IMG/VR virus record: IMGVR_UViG_3300005732_000058
Location: 1-40,856 of that record
Source of the DNA: a virus
Taxonomy: Duplodnaviria > Caudoviricetes
DNA length: 40,856 nt
Reading direction: 5' to 3' (one strand)
The notes under the pieces are model-generated. The model worked only from the letters and a program-made list of their open reading frames with translations. It was not told where the DNA came from and did no database searches. Shown here piece by piece: positions 8,564 to 17,717 of the stretch (the first letter of the stretch is position 1; the number at the start of each line of letters is the position of its first letter). The translations under genes were made by a program, and so were the position numbers.

Positions 8564-11500
8564 CGAGACGCATTTCAGGGGGTGGGCGCTGATGTCGGTG
8601 AGGTTTTGGACCGACTTCTTAAAACGCCTACTGTCTATGCCGCGCGGTCCAATCTGGTCACTGCAATATCCGCTGGTGATTTGGATGATTATCCTTCGGG
8701 GGCTGTCGTTACCGCCGGTGAGCAAAGGTACGTCAAAATGCCTACCGCCCACGCCGCATACGGCACCACCCCAATATCAGACATGGCAGGCTACGCGCCT
8801 CTTTTGCCTGTGGCCGCTGAGCATTTCGGCTTTGTGGTGGGGGATCGCAGCGAAGCTTTGAACAACGTGGCCAAGTTTAACGCAGCGCTTTCGTACTGTC
8901 GCACCTACAACACAGAGCTTTGGTTGTGGTCAGGGTCTGGCTTCCTTCGTCCAAACGCTATGAGCTTGGAGGGCGTAACGGTTCGAGGCTACGGCATCGG
9001 GCTTGTGCAGCACACCGCTTACTACTACGGAAACAACACTCAAACCCCATGTGCAACGCAGATCGTGCTTACTGGCACCACGACGAATGCGATGCAAGTT
9101 CACGGTATTTCCTCCGCGCAATCTTGCGGCGCGTCACGCTCGTTTACGGCTCGCAGCGATCTGGACGAAAGTACGTGGAAGATGGTGTCCTTTATGAACG
9201 AGGATGCCACCACGGGCGCGGCCACGGTTAAAGACTTGGCGGTAGGCCTACTCGTTGATGGTGAAGGCGGAGCGAACTGCATGGGGTTCCGTGTCGTCGT
9301 GGATGCGGGCGGCACCCACGGCTTGGATGACTACAACAGCACGTCTACAGCGGAAATCATTGGCGATGTAGACATTGGCATCCTGCAGGTGGGGGCGGGG
9401 GAGACGGCGTACACAGACGTTCAAACTCTGGGCCACTACCAGATGGCGGGGTACGCAAATGTAGCCATTGATTTAGATGGCAATTACTCCGATTACCACG
9501 CACCTTATGGCACGACGATGACCCGCTGTAACTTCCAAGGTATGCGGGCCTTTATCGTGCGCGGACCTGACCGCTTCAAGATCATCGCAGAGACTTCCAC
9601 AACCGTTGACCTCCCTTGGGCGGATGACCATCCGTTCACCTTGGATAGCGGACACACCACTATCCGACTGACCGACACAGGCACCGGAACGGGTGGGGGT
9701 AGCACGTTCACATATACAGGGGTGAGCAAGGTCGATTTAGGAGGCGGAGACGTTCGGGTGCGCCTTTCCGGCCTCACGAGCTTTTCGTCTGGGTCTTACG
9801 AGGCGGTGGTCCCCACTTCTGCAGGCGGGGCCAACAGCCACATCGTATTCCGAGACTGCCAGATCGGTGGTTTAATAATCCCAGCGGGATGGCAAGCGAA
9901 CGACAGCACTGCCCTTTCTGACCACATTGCGAACGGAGCTATTGGTGGTTTTGAAATAAGTGGATGGCGCTGCGCAGAGATCGACGTACATGGTCGCCTG
10001 CAACATCCCGGCTCTTTGGCTGGGTTCATCCACGATGCGCGCGAAACCATCCTTGATTTGCAGTGCGAGGCGGGCAGCAACCGGCGACACAGCGATGCGA
10101 TGACTTGGATTGTAAGCCCACAACACAACGAAAACACTCACTCCACACATGTGGCGGGGGGTGCCCGTTGGATTGATTGGCGATACACTATGGTTTCGGA
10201 GCGTTCCGCAAGCGACACTGACTTTGCACCATTCATGGACTTCATTCCTCGACCCTCTGCGTTTAGTGGGGGTGACGGTTGGTTTGAGACGTATTTTGCT
10301 ACGCGTGCCCCGACTGTTCGCAGCCGTACAGACAGCGGCAGTGATGACATCAACAAGCTCGTCGCCCCAGCGCTTGCAGTGGGCCCGGAAGCGGAAGGAT
10401 TTAACGGTTGGAATCCTGACGGCCTGTTCCACGTCCGTGCGGCTACAGGGTTTGTTGATGCGGTTATTGAATCCGTCGAGGCAAATCGTGACCCTCGACT
10501 ATTCTTCAAAAGCAACACGTCCGACTGGATGGTGAGCAGTGATGCATCAAGCGGCGGGGATTTTGTAATTTCGCAAGACGCGGATCAAGACGGCACATTT
10601 GACATTCGTATGCGTTACGAAGGCGGCGGCACCGAAACTGGCTGGCACCTACAGTCCAATGTTTGGCTGGAAGGCGTGACCACAACGGATGACCAAATTC
10701 ACGTCACAGCGTCATCCGGAAACGTCAACCTAACACTGCACTCGAACGATGGCCTATCGAACACAGAGCTTCGACAATACGACGATGAAAGTTTTTGTAT
10801 CTACGCACACGACTACCTGCGTTTCCGAGCGGGCTCAGCGGACGTGTTGCAACTAGACATTGATGGCAGCGCCACGTTCTATGATGATGTTGACATCACA
10901 GGCACGACGCGCGGCATCGGGCAGGGCAATATCTTCGCGAGTGGCGCGACTGCACGGGATGATCTTGATGCAATTCTGGGCTCCACAAAGTCCGTCCTGG
11001 CGGTTGCTTACAACGTACCCTCGTCCATGACCTACAGCATATCATCAACGACAGAGTTGGTGGTAGCCCGCTCGGCGTCGGTTAACATGACGCTGTTGAC
11101 GGCGGGTACGAACTCGGCCCGTATCAACTTCGCGGATGAAGCGGACGAAGATGTTGGGCAAATCGAATACAACCACAACATTGACACGTTTAACTTCAAG
11201 GCCGACGCGGCCACTCGAATGTCAATCAGCGCGGAACGTACACAGGTCAAGAACAAGTTTAACATTGGCGTGCGCAACGCTAAAACAATCGCGTCGGGCG
11301 CAATTACATACACCAACGGGTTTACGGTGGTGGCTCCTGAAAGTGGTTCGGCGGATGATCTTGATACCATCAACGGCGGTGCAGACGGAGACCTGTTGGT
11401 TGTTTGTACTAATTCGTCATCCAACACGATCACTTTGAAAGACGGCACCGGGAACCTGGCACTGGCCGGTGACTTTGCAATGGACAACGCACGTGACATG

Positions 11501-11569
11501 ATCGTGTTGATTTACGACAGCGCGAGCAACGTGTGGGCGGAACTTTCTCGCTCTAATAACGCGGCATAA
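8543..11569 (+). CDS. Tailspike/receptor-binding protein 2, 1008 aa
   Basis: Starts MSLETRL with no gp17-like anchor. VAAEHFGFVVGD..A..N...FNAAL resembles the entry of a pectate-lyase-like beta-helix. C-terminal TIASGAIT...DDLDTING...WAELSRSNN domain. Lies in the tail module. Confidence 0.75.
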   Translation: MSLETRLRDAFQGVGADVGEVLDRLLKTPTVYAARSNLVTAISAGDLDDYPSGAVVTAGEQRYVKMPTAHAAYGTTPISDMAGYAPLLPVAAEHFGFVVGDRSEALNNVAKFNAALSYCRTYNTELWLWSGSGFLRPNAMSLEGVTVRGYGIGLVQHTAYYYGNNTQTPCATQIVLTGTTTNAMQVHGISSAQSCGASRSFTARSDLDESTWKMVSFMNEDATTGAATVKDLAVGLLVDGEGGANCMGFRVVVDAGGTHGLDDYNSTSTAEIIGDVDIGILQVGAGETAYTDVQTLGHYQMAGYANVAIDLDGNYSDYHAPYGTTMTRCNFQGMRAFIVRGPDRFKIIAETSTTVDLPWADDHPFTLDSGHTTIRLTDTGTGTGGGSTFTYTGVSKVDLGGGDVRVRLSGLTSFSSGSYEAVVPTSAGGANSHIVFRDCQIGGLIIPAGWQANDSTALSDHIANGAIGGFEISGWRCAEIDVHGRLQHPGSLAGFIHDARETILDLQCEAGSNRRHSDAMTWIVSPQHNENTHSTHVAGGARWIDWRYTMVSERSASDTDFAPFMDFIPRPSAFSGGDGWFETYFATRAPTVRSRTDSGSDDINKLVAPALAVGPEAEGFNGWNPDGLFHVRAATGFVDAVIESVEANRDPRLFFKSNTSDWMVSSDASSGGDFVISQDADQDGTFDIRMRYEGGGTETGWHLQSNVWLEGVTTTDDQIHVTASSGNVNLTLHSNDGLSNTELRQYDDESFCIYAHDYLRFRAGSADVLQLDIDGSATFYDDVDITGTTRGIGQGNIFASGATARDDLDAILGSTKSVLAVAYNVPSSMTYSISSTTELVVARSASVNMTLLTAGTNSARINFADEADEDVGQIEYNHNIDTFNFKADAATRMSISAERTQVKNKFNIGVRNAKTIASGAITYTNGFTVVAPESGSADDLDTINGGADGDLLVVCTNSSSNTITLKDGTGNLALAGDFAMDNARDMIVLIYDSASNVWAELSRSNNAA

Positions 11570-11576
11570 GGAGCTT

Positions 11577-12191
11577 ATGATGCAAACCGTAGATGAAATG
11601 ATTGACGAACTTTTGCCTCGCGAGGGTGGATTTGTAAACGATCCCGACGACCCAGGCGGCGCGACCAATATGGGTGTCACTATCCACACGATGCGCCGCC
11701 TCGGTATCGATATGGACGGCAACGGGGTTGTGGACATCCGCGATGTTAAAGCTTTGGACCTGGCCACCGCGCGCAAGATTTACAAACGTGAGTATTTCGA
11801 AGGTCCGCGCATTGACGATCTGCCAGAACCCATTCAGGCCAATGTGTTTGATATGTTTGTCAATAGCGGGGGGAATGCTATTAAAATCCTGCAGCGGCTC
11901 TTGAACAAAATGGGGCAGTCTGTTGCTGTTGACGGCGCGTTAGGCCCTCAGTCCATCGGGGCAACACATGAAGTTTTTGAAAAAGCATCCTCTCACTTGA
12001 ACGACGCTTACGCGATCGAGCGACGAAACTACTATTTCCGCTTAGCTGATCGACGCCCAAAGTCGCGCAAATATGCCCGCACAAGGGCTGGGGGCAAGGG
12101 CGGGTGGATTAAGCGGGCAGAGGAGTTTATGTCGCCGAAATACCACATGACGCAGGCGCAATTTGACAAGAGGGTGGCGGCATGGGGGTAG
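11577..12191 (+). CDS. Endolysin, glycoside hydrolase family 108 with C-terminal peptidoglycan-binding region
   Basis: GH108 signature EGGFVNDPDDPGGATNMGVT, plus FDMFVNSG and VDGALGPQS. RBS AAGGAG. Confidence 0.9.
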   Translation: MMQTVDEMIDELLPREGGFVNDPDDPGGATNMGVTIHTMRRLGIDMDGNGVVDIRDVKALDLATARKIYKREYFEGPRIDDLPEPIQANVFDMFVNSGGNAIKILQRLLNKMGQSVAVDGALGPQSIGATHEVFEKASSHLNDAYAIERRNYYFRLADRRPKSRKYARTRAGGKGGWIKRAEEFMSPKYHMTQAQFDKRVAAWG

Positions 12192-12673
12192 GTTCTTTGT
12201 TTGCGTTTTTGTTTGGCGGCAACAGAAATGTTGTCGTCGAAACCGCGGAAGTTTTTCGCGAGAATGCTGAGGCCGGAGCGCAACGCGAGGCTGATTATCG
12301 ACAGGCTGCGCTTACACAATACGGCCAAGAATTTCATCGTCGAAACAACCGTACATGGCTTGACGCTTTCGCTGACGCCCTGAACCGCCTTATTCGTCCA
12401 GTCCTTACCATCGCTGCTCTTTACCCTCTAGTGGCAACGGTTCGTGACCCAGAAACGATGTCACGTGTCTGGAACGCACTGGCCACACTGCCAAACGGCT
12501 ATTGGGCGCTTTTGGGTATTATTATTCCGTTTTATTTTGGCGGCCGAATGCAAACCAAGGCGCTGGATGCGAGCATGTTTCAAAGCGCAGCGGCTGCAGT
12601 GTCAAGCCTTGCTCAGCCTGAAAGTGATGAGGCAGAGGAAAACGCGGCTTTATCTGATTGGAGGAATGAATAA
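12182..12673 (+). CDS. Holin, 3-TM (GTA-holin-like) family
   Basis: DAFADALNRLIRP + hydrophobic helix + LATLPNGYWALLGIIIPFYFGGR; overlaps the endolysin stop. Confidence 0.75.
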   Translation: MGVGSLFAFLFGGNRNVVVETAEVFRENAEAGAQREADYRQAALTQYGQEFHRRNNRTWLDAFADALNRLIRPVLTIAALYPLVATVRDPETMSRVWNALATLPNGYWALLGIIIPFYFGGRMQTKALDASMFQSAAAAVSSLAQPESDEAEENAALSDWRNE

Positions 12674-12945
12674 TGGAAGCGGATTTGAAATGGTTGGTGG
12701 GGATCGCAGTATCTTTGTCTGTGTCAATTATTATGGCGTTCATTGGTGGGTTTAGGAACTTGGCAAGCCGCATATCTACATCCAATCGTGAACTCCACCA
12801 GCGCGTTGATGACGTGAAAGAAAAGTATGTTCGTCGCGATGACCTGGACGGGCACCTGCAAAGGATTGACGAAAATGTCAGGGACATCAGGGATGAAATG
12901 CGGGAGAACCATAGGCAGCTCCTAGAGGCCGTTCGTAAAGATTAA
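12673..12945 (+). CDS. Small membrane-anchored coiled-coil protein of the lysis cassette
   Basis: N-terminal TM (WLVGIAVSLSVSIIMAFIGG), YVRRDDL motif and coiled coil; TAATG coupling to the holin. Confidence 0.65.
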   Translation: MEADLKWLVGIAVSLSVSIIMAFIGGFRNLASRISTSNRELHQRVDDVKEKYVRRDDLDGHLQRIDENVRDIRDEMRENHRQLLEAVRKD

Positions 12946-12970
12946 AAAAGCCCCGGTTGATCCGGGGCTT
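12944..12970 (-). terminator. Rho-independent terminator of the leftward operon (possibly bidirectional)
   Basis: Hairpin AAGCCCCGG-TTGAT-CCGGGGCTT (12948-12970) with an A6 tract at 12944-12949, between convergent genes. Confidence 0.85.
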
Positions 12971-13026
12971 AGTTTGTCAGCGATGCGCTTTGTCACAGGC
13001 AAGACGCGCGAGCGCTGACTGCTCGA

Positions 13027-14340
13027 TTATACCTTATCGCTATCAAACAGCGAAGCACCGGGCTTATGTGCGGGCTGGGAAGATTCCGCCGCTGCCCTTG
13101 GATTTTCTCCCACTTGGATGTCTTGGCCTTTTACGTGGCCGTCCTCAAGGACAAAGCCGATCGTTCCAGTGCTGTCCACGCGCTCAATCCAGATTTGATA
13201 GTCATGATCCTCAGCCATAGCGGCCAGTGTTTTCATGGCCTCATCATCGAGCAAGCTGCCATCGCGAACACGGATGACCTTGAGCTTAGGGTTGAGCGCC
13301 ATGGCAATCCCGATCGACGCCTGCAATTGCTGGGCATCGCTGGCCTGATTGAACGGCACGCCATCCAAATGCACGGCACCCTCATCAATGCTTAAGCCGC
13401 TGACTGGCATGTCCGCGTTTGCAATGGCCTTGCGAGCCTTGGCCTTTCGATGGTCCATGTCGGCGGTCAGTTGGGCAGACTTTACCTCAGCCTCTTTGGC
13501 TATCGTGATTAGTTGACTGTGGCGGTCGCCAGCATCGGCAAGCCGGTTGGTTTCCTCAGCTTCGTCCATGCGTGCGCGGATGGCGTCTGTGTCGATGCGA
13601 TCTGGAACGGCAGGCGAGTGTGAAAACTCGGCATCGATCTGCGCAACCCGTGCCTGCAGCTCGCCGATCTGCAACTCAATGCGCTGTTTTTCTTCGTTCA
13701 GATCGGCGCGTCGCTGCATCTCTTCGTCAACCTTTTGATTGTGCAGGTGGGCCTCATTCCACTCAGTTGAGATTTCCGAGAACACCACGCGCTGCGGCAC
13801 CTCATCGGGCAGGTCTATGGCCGCGGCCTGTGTGCGGGCATCCTTAGCGCGCCGGTTGGCCTCTGTGCGCTCGGCAAAGTCGCGCTTGTTGTCAGCATCC
13901 GCTTGATCAAAGTCAAAGTCAGGCACCAGGCTGCGCAGCGCCATGACCTGATCCGCATCTTTCATGCGGGTGAAGGCCAGAGGGTCAAAGGTCAGCTCGC
14001 CTAGCAATTTATCCAGCATGGTTTGCGGGCTGGAAAAGCGCGCGCCCTCGCCGTTTTCAACAGTGATCGAGGTGGTGTATCCGCCATCTTCTTGGGCATT
14101 GAACCGGCGGGTGATTTTAATTTCGCCCAGGTCGAGCCGCACAATTGCGCGCTCCTCACCCTTGCGGATCGGCGTGGTCTGGACGTTCTTAGTGCCGTCT
14201 AGCGCCCACCAGATGGCATCCAGCACTGATGTCTTGCCTTGGCCGTTGCGTCCTGTGATCTGAACTAGATTGCCATCAGGCTCGATCTGCACGGCGGTCA
14301 GGCGTTTCAGGTTTTCTGCGTAAAGGTTGATGATTTTCAT
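13027..14340 (-). CDS. SMC/Rad50/SbcC-like coiled-coil ABC-type ATPase
   Basis: Walker A GRNGQGKTS, long coiled coil, signature-like QASDAQQL, Walker B/D-loop-like IRVRDGSLLD. Confidence 0.85.
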   Translation of the reverse strand: MKIINLYAENLKRLTAVQIEPDGNLVQITGRNGQGKTSVLDAIWWALDGTKNVQTTPIRKGEERAIVRLDLGEIKITRRFNAQEDGGYTTSITVENGEGARFSSPQTMLDKLLGELTFDPLAFTRMKDADQVMALRSLVPDFDFDQADADNKRDFAERTEANRRAKDARTQAAAIDLPDEVPQRVVFSEISTEWNEAHLHNQKVDEEMQRRADLNEEKQRIELQIGELQARVAQIDAEFSHSPAVPDRIDTDAIRARMDEAEETNRLADAGDRHSQLITIAKEAEVKSAQLTADMDHRKAKARKAIANADMPVSGLSIDEGAVHLDGVPFNQASDAQQLQASIGIAMALNPKLKVIRVRDGSLLDDEAMKTLAAMAEDHDYQIWIERVDSTGTIGFVLEDGHVKGQDIQVGENPRAAAESSQPAHKPGASLFDSDKV

Positions 14341-14364
14341 GTCTTGCCCTCAGTTGTGGGTCGC

Positions 14365-14946
14365 TCAGGCGGCCTTGTTTAATTCAAAATAGACGCGACG
14401 GCATGCTTGCACATCGACCATGGCATCATGCGCGCCGCTCAACGCCTCGCCAAAAAAATGCTGAATGCACTCCCCAAGGTTTGGTGACTTCCAATGCGTG
14501 CGACCGGCGGCCGCCATCTTAGGGGTCGGCGGGGCCTTCACGATGTCGGTGGCGTTTTTCATGGTGCAATAGAACGGCGTTGTGAAAGCAAAGGCTGCGC
14601 CTTGCATCCGGCGCGCGATCGCGCTAGCCATGACCTGTTTGTCAAAGTTGCAGTTATGCGCAACCACCTTGTCCGCGTGCCCATAGAGCTTGAGGAAAAA
14701 GTCCACTGCGGTTTCTTGGCTCACACCAAACTCCTCAGCGATTTCATTGGTGATGCCATGCACATCAGACGCCTGCTTTGGGATAGGCACGCCAGCATTC
14801 ACCACCAATGAAAACTCCATGAATGTGGTGTTGTCTGGGCGCACAAGCTGGGCCGCGATCTGCGTGAGGTGCGGCTGATCTGGGTGATCTGCGGGCTTGT
14901 TTGGCCGTGTAAAGCCAGTGGTCTCTGTGTCGAAAAATAGGATCAT
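14365..14946 (-). CDS. DEDDh 3'-5' exonuclease (DnaQ-like)
   Basis: ExoI FFDTETTG, ExoII VAHNCNFD, ExoIII AHDAMVDV. Confidence 0.9.
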   Translation of the reverse strand: MILFFDTETTGFTRPNKPADHPDQPHLTQIAAQLVRPDNTTFMEFSLVVNAGVPIPKQASDVHGITNEIAEEFGVSQETAVDFFLKLYGHADKVVAHNCNFDKQVMASAIARRMQGAAFAFTTPFYCTMKNATDIVKAPPTPKMAAAGRTHWKSPNLGECIQHFFGEALSGAHDAMVDVQACRRVYFELNKAA

Positions 14947-15752
14947 GTGTCTTGCCCTTGCTGTTGTGCGGCGACTTCGCGTGCCGCGGTTGAAAGTTTG
15001 TCATGGTGTCCGTGAGTGATCAGCCATCCTTTTTGCACGTTGGTCAGGCCATTGAGCCATCGCGCATATTCTTTCGGCCCATTTACTGCCGCGACTTGTC
15101 CAGCGTCGATCAGCTCTTGGTTTTCGCCGGGCCCCGCAAGCTGAGCGCGCGGCTGAGATTTGCCGTCGCGATCCAAGCCCTTCTGCACGATGCCAAAAGC
15201 CGCTGCGAGGGAATAGCGCTGGCCGTATGTTGTGGATGACCCAAGCGCCTGGGCTGCGCTCTTGGCCCCGCCCGCATCGGGCGGCACAGGCATGCGACCA
15301 CGCTCCTCGCGCCAAGTATACTCACTGTCCATGTAGGTGATGACGGTCCAGACGGTGACGCCGCCCTTGCCGCCATCGATTTGGTCGCTGTCATGGGTCA
15401 CGGTGAGGCCAAGCGGATTGATCACGTCATCGACAATCGCGCGCAAGTCCTCGTATTTTTTGAACCATCCGATGAACCGGCCATTGTGTTCAATCTTGTC
15501 GTCTTTGGTGATGATCGGCATTTTTTGGCATGCCTGAGCAAACGCACGATCAAAGCGATCCTTGGCCGCTCGATCGATCATCTTTTCCTGCAACTCGACC
15601 AGGTGCCCAATCTTGGCGGCATCAACGCTGGGGTCTTTGGCCATCTCGATCATCGACGCCCACATGTCGCTAACAGACATGCCGTCTGATTTCGCTGGTG
15701 CTGAATTGTTTTGAGGTTCTGCCGTTGCTGGCAGGTTCGTTTCGTCTGTCAT
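14943..15752 (-). CDS. ERF-family single-strand annealing protein
   Basis: ERF motif AQALGSSTTYGQRYSLAAAFGI; lies downstream of a RecE-like nuclease. Confidence 0.85.
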   Translation of the reverse strand: MTDETNLPATAEPQNNSAPAKSDGMSVSDMWASMIEMAKDPSVDAAKIGHLVELQEKMIDRAAKDRFDRAFAQACQKMPIITKDDKIEHNGRFIGWFKKYEDLRAIVDDVINPLGLTVTHDSDQIDGGKGGVTVWTVITYMDSEYTWREERGRMPVPPDAGGAKSAAQALGSSTTYGQRYSLAAAFGIVQKGLDRDGKSQPRAQLAGPGENQELIDAGQVAAVNGPKEYARWLNGLTNVQKGWLITHGHHDKLSTAAREVAAQQQGQDT

Positions 15753-15776
15753 GTCTTGCCCTTTCGTGATGACCTG

Positions 15777-15805
15777 AGCATAAATTATGCGTTACCTTAA
15801 CGCAA
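15777..15805 (-). promoter_or_regulatory. Leftward sigma70-type promoter overlapped by a perfect 17-bp palindromic operator
   Basis: On the minus strand TTGCGT-N17-TATGCT; palindrome TGCGTTA-CCT-TAACGCA at 15788-15804. Confidence 0.7.
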
Positions 15806-15831
15806 GACCTATGCCTTGTTGATGTGCTTTT

Positions 15832-16083
15832 TTAGGCCGTCTTTGTATTGCTGCTCGATGTGACCGCCGCCCCGTTATTTCTCATCTGCCGACGAATTTC
15901 CTTACCCGTCCAGTATGAGACGGAAAATCCTGTAGGCTTTGGCCACTCTGGCATCCCGCGTTGATTGCCGTACGGTCCAACCGCAATCCATGCTTGATTT
16001 TGATCGCAAAGCCACCGCTCATGCGCGTCGATCCGATCACAAAGATCGGACCACGCTTTTTTGCAAAATTCCTCGTAAGTCAT
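15832..16083 (-). CDS. Hypothetical protein, 83 aa (MTYEEFCKKAW...)
   Basis: ATGA overlap with the stop of 16080-17270; start revised from the ORF track's 16158. Confidence 0.55.
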   Translation of the reverse strand: MTYEEFCKKAWSDLCDRIDAHERWLCDQNQAWIAVGPYGNQRGMPEWPKPTGFSVSYWTGKEIRRQMRNNGAAVTSSSNTKTA

Positions 16084-17270
16084 GCTGGCATCGAGTCCAG
16101 GAAATAGTCGCGGAAATCCTCGTCGCCGATCTCTCCCATCATATCCAAGGGGAACCATGGCGCATCAGGCCCGTAGACTGTCATCGCTTGCTGGAAAAGC
16201 TGCTTGGCGCGTGCAATCTCGATGTCAGCCTTGCGGCACAGCACGCTGTCAGACATCTTGATGTCGTGATCCTCTGCACCAATGGATTGTTCATCCACGC
16301 CATCAGGATAGATTTGCAACTTGAGGCGTCGGGCCAAAAGATTTGGAATTCCACCTTTCTCTTGAAATAGTAACCATGGCCGGTGCGGTGCGTCTTTGCC
16401 GCGCAGCGCACTGACCAATTGCCCCGTTTGATCGCTCTGCCCGCGTTGAATTTTTAGGTCGAGCTGGCGGACCATGCTGATCGCCACCTGATACACGCGC
16501 ATGCTCAGATAATACTGGTAGTATTGCACCTGATCCGCGATCGCCTGATTGACGGGCTTGCCATTGGCGTTAGCAAAGCTTTTGAGGTCCACGAAATACT
16601 CAGGCTTGAGTTTGTCGATGCGCGCCTTCATAGGGATGCCCGTGTCGGGGCAGGTCCACAGAATTGTCACCTCGGACGCGCCGCCTGTTACTAGGTCGTG
16701 GATTTCGGGGTTCGCCTCAATACGCTCAATATCTCGGATGATCTGTTTCCAGTATTCATCTTTGATCGCCATGCGGTCATCCAAGTCCTGAATGAATTCA
16801 GCCTGGATGATCGACTTGATCGGGGCAGTGCACCCCATGTCGCGCAGTCGGTGCGCCCGATCCAGCGCTAACTCTCCGGCCTTGGTCTGCGGGGCACCAA
16901 GCTCTTTCAGCCGCGCTTTCACCGCCGTGTCTGTCTCTATCAGGCCATCAAACGATGACCAGTCGGGCTCGCCAACATAGCGCTTGTGTAGGCTGTCGCG
17001 CTCAAAGATCGCGCAATGATATGCTCGCCCTAAGATTTGCGCCTTGGTATCATCATCGCCCAACCTTTCTGGGTTCATCCAGCTTTTTGCCCAAAAGGTT
17101 GGCAGGCTGGTCAGGATGTTCTTGATCCCGCTGGCGCTGAGCCGCGGCAATCCGTGATATTCTGCCTCTGGCAGGTTGAAATAAATGCCGTCTGCCAATG
17201 CCTTATTGTCTACAGCATTGTTCTTGATCAACTCTTGATCGTCGGCGCGGTCGTTGTCGAATAGGCTCAT
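16080..17270 (-). CDS. RecE/exonuclease VIII-like PD-(D/E)XK nuclease
   Basis: GIYFNLPEAEYH..LSASGIK, GRAYHCAI, KARIDKL...FVDLKS, YQYYLSMRVY. Confidence 0.85.
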   Translation of the reverse strand: MSLFDNDRADDQELIKNNAVDNKALADGIYFNLPEAEYHGLPRLSASGIKNILTSLPTFWAKSWMNPERLGDDDTKAQILGRAYHCAIFERDSLHKRYVGEPDWSSFDGLIETDTAVKARLKELGAPQTKAGELALDRAHRLRDMGCTAPIKSIIQAEFIQDLDDRMAIKDEYWKQIIRDIERIEANPEIHDLVTGGASEVTILWTCPDTGIPMKARIDKLKPEYFVDLKSFANANGKPVNQAIADQVQYYQYYLSMRVYQVAISMVRQLDLKIQRGQSDQTGQLVSALRGKDAPHRPWLLFQEKGGIPNLLARRLKLQIYPDGVDEQSIGAEDHDIKMSDSVLCRKADIEIARAKQLFQQAMTVYGPDAPWFPLDMMGEIGDEDFRDYFLDSMPA

Positions 17271-17273
17271 GGT

Positions 17274-17477
17274 TTACCCCCAATCCTTGCGGTCATCTTC
17301 ATTGTCAAAGCCGTCGCGATATTCGGCGATCTGCTCTGCGGTCATATCATCAGCCATGACGGGCGACCCCTTGCCTGTGCCCTCTGGCCAATAGTGTGGA
17401 TTAAATGGTCGCCCATAGTAGGCGTCGGCTGACCCGCGGTCTGCGGGTGATCCGTGCTTTGGTAGCGTCACATTCAT
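17274..17477 (-). CDS. Small conserved phage protein (HGSPADRGSADAYYGR type)
   Basis: Motif familiar from phage hypothetical proteins; first gene of the leftward operon with an AGGGCAAGAC leader. Confidence 0.7.
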   Translation of the reverse strand: MNVTLPKHGSPADRGSADAYYGRPFNPHYWPEGTGKGSPVMADDMTAEQIAEYRDGFDNEDDRKDWG

Positions 17478-17500
17478 CGTCTTGCCCTTTGATGTTTCTG

Positions 17501-17555
17501 TTGACCTGTTCGGAATACTGCGTTAAACCAGCGCTGTCAACGTTAAAATAACGCA
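17501..17555. promoter_or_regulatory. Overlapping divergent promoters with two operator-like palindromes
   Basis: Rightward TTGACC(17501)-N17-TAAACC; leftward TTGACA(17540-17535)-N17-TATTCC; operators TGCGTTA-AAC-CAGCGCT (17519-17535) and AACGTTA-AAA-TAACGCA (17539-17555). Confidence 0.7.
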
Positions 17556-17564
17556 GGAGATGAC

Positions 17565-17717
17565 ATGGCGAAAACATCGGGAATGTCCATCAACGTGACA
17601 GAGGAGGAGCGGGCGCTGGTTGCTGAGGCTGAAAAGCTGACGGGGCTGAGCCGCAAGGCTCTTATCATGTCGCTGGTGCGCGAAAAGCTGATCGCGCTCA
17701 AGGGGCAGGATGGCTGA
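17565..17717 (+). CDS. Ribbon-helix-helix (Arc/CopG-like) regulator, 50 aa; below the ORF-track cutoff
   Basis: MAKTSGMSINVTEEERALVAEAEKLTGLSRKALIMSLVREKLIALKGQDG fits strand-helix-G.S-helix; RBS AGGAG; overlaps the start of rusA. Confidence 0.75.
   Translation: MAKTSGMSINVTEEERALVAEAEKLTGLSRKALIMSLVREKLIALKGQDG

Noticed and set aside
5425-11569. BPP-1-like diversity-generating retroelement
   Set aside because: There is no reverse transcriptase or Avd. The junction repeats differ at synonymous sites, not specifically at adenines.
12957-13220. Plus-strand 87-aa ORF after the lysis genes
   Set aside because: It starts within the terminator hairpin and is antisense to the ATPase 3' end, with no RBS.
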